Translations under genes and position numbers: made by a program
Shown: piece by piece, positions 31,994 to 36,004 of the stretch
Position numbering within the stretch: the stretch's first letter is position 1
How the letters are laid out: every line of letters begins with the position of its first letter
Notes under the pieces: generated by a model
The model's input: the letters and a program-made list of their open reading frames with translations, nothing else
What the model was told of the DNA's origin: nothing
Databases searched by the model: none
DNA from: an uncultured virus (IMG/VR IMGVR_UViG_3300046474_000019)
Lineage: Duplodnaviria > Heunggongvirae > Uroviricota > Caudoviricetes
DNA: 36,004 nt
Virus record (IMG/VR): IMGVR_UViG_3300046474_000019
Strand: one strand, 5' to 3'

Positions 31994-33157
31994 TTATTCA
32001 TAATCACGAATTACAACTCCCGTGGGAAATTGTGGCAGTTTAGTCTTTTTGTATCGGGACTGGTATCTTACAGTAATCATCTTACCGATGTAAAGATGTT
32101 TGTTTGCCAGATACTCGGCTCGTTGAGCCATAGAACCCAGTGTAACAGTGAACGTTCGGTCGTTCAAGTTGTTTCGAACAACGAATCGACTTCCGTCTTC
32201 TTTGTCTGGGATTACATCAAGAATCTCAAACTCAGCGTCAACAAACTCTTTGTACTTCTGCAAGTCTGTCGAGCGTTTCCCGCTCTCATACAAACCCTTG
32301 AAGTTGCGGAGCATCAAGCCTTCGTAGCCACGATCCACAGCATCATCGTGCTTGACTTTCATATCTACCGCATCAGCAACCCAAACATACTGAGTAATCT
32401 GAATGCAAGGCGATACTACAGGAATACCTGTCAGCTCGTCAAGGTCTTCCATACGCTCGATGAAAGTTTTATCAGACACAACGTCAAAGATGTGGAACTG
32501 GAGCTTAGGACGAATCTCATGGATGTGTATGGCTTCTTGCAGAGCCTCGTAGTTATCGTCGCACACAACCTTCCCGTATTTACGCTGAGCAGCGTCAATC
32601 TTCGCCTGAGTGTCAGTACGACCTACAGCAGACGTAATGTCTTGCAGCACTTCACCATGCAGGTAGATTTCACCGTCCCAAATGTCACCGTCTTGCATAT
32701 GGATCACAAAAGCTTCATGGATATGCGGGATATCGTAAAGCTGCGATGTGCGAGATTCGATGGTTACAACGCCATTGCGTTTCTTCGCCAGAGCACGAAC
32801 ACCGTCATACTTATCAGAGCCGTAGCACGGATACACGATGCTCTTGCCACGCTTGCGGTAGTCAGCAGCCAACATAGCCAGAATATCAAGGTTGGCAAGA
32901 TCAGCCGTGTTCTCACGGTAGTTCTTATCTTCCTGCTTCTTGATGCGAGCCTTGGCTTCAAGGACAGCTTGTTCAAAGCAGTTACGGCCTTGCTTGCCTT
33001 CAGTGATGCTTTCAGGTTTGACGGTCATCTTACCGCCGAGCTTGCCGTGTGTGATGGTGATGATTGCTTCATCGTTGTCACACTGAGCTTGCTCAACCTG
33101 AATAGTCCAAACCTTCATGTCGCCTTTCTTGTCAAGGCCATAGAGTGTCTTATTCAT
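31994..33157 (-). CDS. ATP-dependent DNA ligase
   Basis: motif I KYDGVR, WDGEIY, FHIFD, YEGLMLR, KRS.DLQKYK, PQFP; start ATG 33157. Confidence 0.92.
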   Translation of the reverse strand: MNKTLYGLDKKGDMKVWTIQVEQAQCDNDEAIITITHGKLGGKMTVKPESITEGKQGRNCFEQAVLEAKARIKKQEDKNYRENTADLANLDILAMLAADYRKRGKSIVYPCYGSDKYDGVRALAKKRNGVVTIESRTSQLYDIPHIHEAFVIHMQDGDIWDGEIYLHGEVLQDITSAVGRTDTQAKIDAAQRKYGKVVCDDNYEALQEAIHIHEIRPKLQFHIFDVVSDKTFIERMEDLDELTGIPVVSPCIQITQYVWVADAVDMKVKHDDAVDRGYEGLMLRNFKGLYESGKRSTDLQKYKEFVDAEFEILDVIPDKEDGSRFVVRNNLNDRTFTVTLGSMAQRAEYLANKHLYIGKMITVRYQSRYKKTKLPQFPTGVVIRDYE

Positions 33158-33380
33158 ACTCGGCATCCAACAGATGGCTGATACGCTCTTGCAAAGCATG
33201 TTTATACACATTCACTTCACCACAATCAGTAACGATTTGTGAGTAGTAAACCCAAGCGAGTTCTTCACCCATTTCAGCCTCTACACGTGATACGAAATCC
33301 TGTGGACTCAACACACCAGTGAACATCGACAGGTAGTCGTCACCAGATTCAGTCCTCATTGCTACAGCGATAGTTGTCAT
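33150..33380 (-). CDS. Hypothetical phage protein
   Basis: GGAGG RBS, coupled. Confidence 0.7.
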   Translation of the reverse strand: MTTIAVAMRTESGDDYLSMFTGVLSPQDFVSRVEAEMGEELAWVYYSQIVTDCGEVNVYKHALQERISHLLDAEYE

Positions 33381-33748
33381 TTCCCCTCCCTCATTTTTGC
33401 ACGTTCTTCATAGACTTTATCAACCTTCGCTTGGTGCTCTGCACTCCAATGCCAAGGGCAATCGCTCACTCGATAACGGTCGGCAGTATACCCGAACAAC
33501 TCAAAGTTGTCCATACGTGGACAGGTGCAACCTTTAATTTCCAACTGATAGCGATGGAATTTGGGGTCTTGTGGGAACTTCCACTCCTTCTGAAGACGGA
33601 ATTCCAAATCACGAACCTTGGTTTCAACATCCTCATACCGCTCAGGATTCTCAAGGATATCGAACAATAAGTCATACGTCAAATCGAGAGCATTACACTC
33701 TTCAGCGGTCAAACCTTGCTTGTCAGCTAGTGCTTCATTATAGTGCAT
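33377..33748 (-). CDS. Conserved phage protein with CxCP...CPxH motif
   Basis: LQKEWKFPQDPKFH...GCTCPRMDN...CPWH. Confidence 0.75.
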   Translation of the reverse strand: MHYNEALADKQGLTAEECNALDLTYDLLFDILENPERYEDVETKVRDLEFRLQKEWKFPQDPKFHRYQLEIKGCTCPRMDNFELFGYTADRYRVSDCPWHWSAEHQAKVDKVYEERAKMREGK

Positions 33749-34139
33749 ATTGTTCCACCTCCACTCCATATTTTCTTAAATAGTCAAGTCCGGTTGTCAA
33801 GCGGTACTCATCCCGATAAACGACGCGCCTGACCCCCGCTCTAACCAGCAGTTTCGAGCATTCAAGGCAAGGTGAGAGAGTAACATACATTGTCGCCCCT
33901 TTGGTTGAAAGTCCTTGCTCCAAACATTTCCCCAGCGAATTAAGCTCGGCATGTACAACCTCGGGGTTCCCGTCAGGTGAGAATTCCCATTGATTAGGTC
34001 CACCACTTGCCATCCCGTTGAGGCCGGGAGATACGACGCCCGAAGCCAGTACGAGAGCGCACCCGACTTTAGTACGAGGACACTGAGACTTAGCGGCGAA
34101 CGCTTCTGCGGTTTCCATATACGACTCGTCATAGTTCAT
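33738..34139 (-). CDS. dCMP deaminase
   Basis: KVGCALV, HAELN, YVTLSPCLEC. Confidence 0.92.
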   Translation of the reverse strand: MNYDESYMETAEAFAAKSQCPRTKVGCALVLASGVVSPGLNGMASGGPNQWEFSPDGNPEVVHAELNSLGKCLEQGLSTKGATMYVTLSPCLECSKLLVRAGVRRVVYRDEYRLTTGLDYLRKYGVEVEQYAL

Positions 34140-34330
34140 TTTACCTCCTTATGCCTGAACCTGTCTTGGTATGTCTTGAAGGACATGCACTCAAGTGATT
34201 CCCTCCAGCTCATGATCCATAGGCCACGGTTAAGGACGGCATACACCTCACCGTCCCAGCCACCCATCTTTTCTCTGGGCTTCTCCTTGTAGGCACACCA
34301 AGTGCCACAAGGGTGTTGAGCGATCCACAT
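34136..34330 (-). CDS. Hypothetical phage protein
   Basis: Coupled 64 aa ORF. Confidence 0.65.
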   Translation of the reverse strand: MWIAQHPCGTWCAYKEKPREKMGGWDGEVYAVLNRGLWIMSWRESLECMSFKTYQDRFRHKEVK

Positions 34331-34542
34331 CAGCAGTAAACAACCACAGCATTGATTGGAATTTCATCAACGTTGTCGTCAGGATCAATCTCTTCCAGAT
34401 AACGTTCGTTGAGGTCTTCTACTACGATAGCTTCCACGCCGCCAACCTTGAACATCTTGTTGCAGTCACCAGCAACAACCTCAACGTTACCATGCTTTTT
34501 ATGTAGAGCGATACAATCTTTGATGTGTTCAAGAAGTTTCAT
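34330..34542 (-). CDS. Hypothetical phage protein
   Basis: GGAGG RBS, coupled 70 aa ORF. Confidence 0.7.
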   Translation of the reverse strand: MKLLEHIKDCIALHKKHGNVEVVAGDCNKMFKVGGVEAIVVEDLNERYLEEIDPDDNVDEIPINAVVVYC

Positions 34543-35126
34543 CGTTTTTGTCCTCCATAATTAATCTTCAAAAGTGCATCTGCAATCCTTGGATCAGTTT
34601 GCACCAAACTTAACTCAGTTGCAAGCTCTCTCTTTCGAGAGCGCCAAGCTTGGTGAGCTTCTTCTGGTGTAGGAAAGGAGCCGAGGTATTCGTAGCCATG
34701 CTCATTTGACCTGAGCTTCGCAACGAAGGTTTTTCTGTCTTCCCTGTATATAACACCTGTAGGCAGTAAACCGCTGGACCTCTTTTCAGTGATGAAGCTG
34801 TTCACCCTCGGGCTTACAAATACACATGTGTCTGGACTATAAACCTTGCTACCTTGAGATAGCAAGTCCTTATCCAATGCGTTTCCTTCCCAATCTTGAA
34901 GCTCCATCCAAGCCTTAAAGTTGGAGAATGTTAACCACTCATCGCAAACTTTTACGCCACTGTAGGATGGTCTTATAGCGTGGTATTTCTCAGAATAACA
35001 TCGTGTAACCATACTCTTCCAAGTCTTGTAATATGGGCAAACCCATCTGATTCCACCTGTTTGGCCCTCAACTACGTAGTCTGCATCATTTACAGCGATG
35101 CCTTGAACCAATCTAGACCTGCTCAT
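34539..35126 (-). CDS. HNH homing endonuclease with AP2-like domain
   Basis: WKSMVTRCY, LDKDLL...YSPDTCVFVS..VN, YLGSF.TPEEAHQAW. Confidence 0.88.
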   Translation of the reverse strand: MSRSRLVQGIAVNDADYVVEGQTGGIRWVCPYYKTWKSMVTRCYSEKYHAIRPSYSGVKVCDEWLTFSNFKAWMELQDWEGNALDKDLLSQGSKVYSPDTCVFVSPRVNSFITEKRSSGLLPTGVIYREDRKTFVAKLRSNEHGYEYLGSFPTPEEAHQAWRSRKRELATELSLVQTDPRIADALLKINYGGQKR

Positions 35127-35467
35127 TTACGTTGCCCACGTCTAGTTGCAGTTCCAAATGCTGGTTTGCTATCCTCACCCAGAGGCTTACCTTTTTGAAG
35201 CCTGCTTGTGTTAACCGCATAACGTCCTTTGCCATACTCAAGATCAACCCATTCCTGTGCAACAGCTCGCTTAGCTGTGTGGATAAAAATGTAGTCGCCC
35301 ATTGCGTCTTTGATAAAAAATGTAGCTGGCGGAATGAATTCCCATTTGGCGAAATCTGAGTAGGATACAATCGTAATCTTCTGTTTGTCAACGGTGTATA
35401 CAACATAAATGCTCTCCTTAGCCTGCATCTTCTCCAAAACTTGTTCCATTAGGCTAATCTTGCTCAC
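35123..35467 (-). CDS. Conserved hypothetical phage protein
   Basis: GGAGGT RBS before GTG 35467. Confidence 0.7.
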   Translation of the reverse strand: MSKISLMEQVLEKMQAKESIYVVYTVDKQKITIVSYSDFAKWEFIPPATFFIKDAMGDYIFIHTAKRAVAQEWVDLEYGKGRYAVNTSRLQKGKPLGEDSKPAFGTATRRGQRK

Positions 35468-35490
35468 TAATACCTCCTTTCGACAGACAT

Positions 35491-35519
35491 AAAAATAGCC
35501 GGACACCAAGGCATCCGGC
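35491..35519 (-). terminator. Rho-independent terminator
   Basis: GCCGGA..TCCGGC-TATTTTT on - strand. Confidence 0.7.
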
Positions 35520-35530
35520 ATGGGCACATC

Positions 35531-36004
35531 TTAATCGCTAAACGGGTCTTCGTCAACCACTTCTTGCTCATCGTGACGATTGGCTTCACGAATCGCTTCA
35601 CGGTACACACTGTACGCAGACAGGCGCTGAGCAAGCTCTTCACCTTCGAAGTACATTTCACGACCGTCGATAACACGCTCAATCTCTTCCTCAGTCAAGA
35701 ACCCTGCGTAGGTGAGGCGAACGTAGCGTTCAATCATCTTCGTGTTGTGGCGAACGTTAGCTTCAACGTGTGGAGCCATCCCAACGTAGCCGTAGCTGCC
35801 AGTGTGGATCATGAAAGAGGACATGTCATCAATCTCCCACTCTTCACACGCCAGAGCAATCGCCGTACCAGCAGACGCACAGGTTGGACCAATGTACGCC
35901 ACCACGTGAGCTTGTGTACGCTGAATAGCACGACACAGCATGTGAGCTGTATCCATACTACCACCCGGCGTTACGATATCGATGTGAATCAAGTCACGCT
36001 CGCC
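35531..36004 (-). CDS. ClpP-like serine protease (N-terminus outside window)
   Basis: I.TPGG, CASAG (catalytic Ser), FMIH (His), EMYF. Confidence 0.85.
   Translation of the reverse strand, partial: GERDLIHIDIVTPGGSMDTAHMLCRAIQRTQAHVVAYIGPTCASAGTAIALACEEWEIDDMSSFMIHTGSYGYVGMAPHVEANVRHNTKMIERYVRLTYAGFLTEEEIERVIDGREMYFEGEELAQRLSAYSVYREAIREANRHDEQEVVDEDPFSD

Noticed and set aside
32030..33181. 383 aa + strand ORF
   Set aside because: Antisense to DNA ligase; no recognisable features.
1..36004. tRNA/rRNA genes, introns or inteins, integrase
   Set aside because: No cloverleaf/T-loop signatures noticed by eye. Ligases and the Nampt-like gene are uninterrupted, HNHs are free-standing, and no recombinase ORF was seen. 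tRNAscan/Infernal were not run.

Overview
A 36 kb segment of a lytic dsDNA phage, most likely a Pseudomonas myovirus. The host is inferred from Pseudomonas-type parS sites and a Pakpunavirus/Otagovirus-like gene content. No structural genes, tRNAs or CRISPR arrays were seen. Positions 1-13.6 kb are transcribed on the + strand and contain a nucleotidyltransferase-like gene, several HNH/AP2 homing endonucleases and an early, host-takeover-style region (~5.6-13.6 kb) of small genes behind many sigma70 promoters. That region also holds a self-contained DGQHR (DndB/ParB-fold) gene. Non-coding blocks at ~5.15-5.6 kb (phased A-tracts, Fur-box-like repeats) and ~13.55-14.53 kb (repeats, convergent terminators) bracket it. 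Positions 14.5-36 kb are on the - strand and contain a release-factor-like gene (GGQ->GGM), a bL12-like gene, a ter cluster (TelA, vWA, TerC, TerD), SLOG and macrodomain genes, a NARP1-like NAD+ reconstitution pair (Prs-like + Nampt-like), an RNA repair module, an HD hydrolase, DNA ligase, dCMP deaminase and a ClpP-like gene. The most striking signal is three identical parS-type palindromes (TGTTCCACGTGGAACG), one in the leader of the ParB-fold DGQHR gene. Product calls come from motif recognition only; no searches were run.
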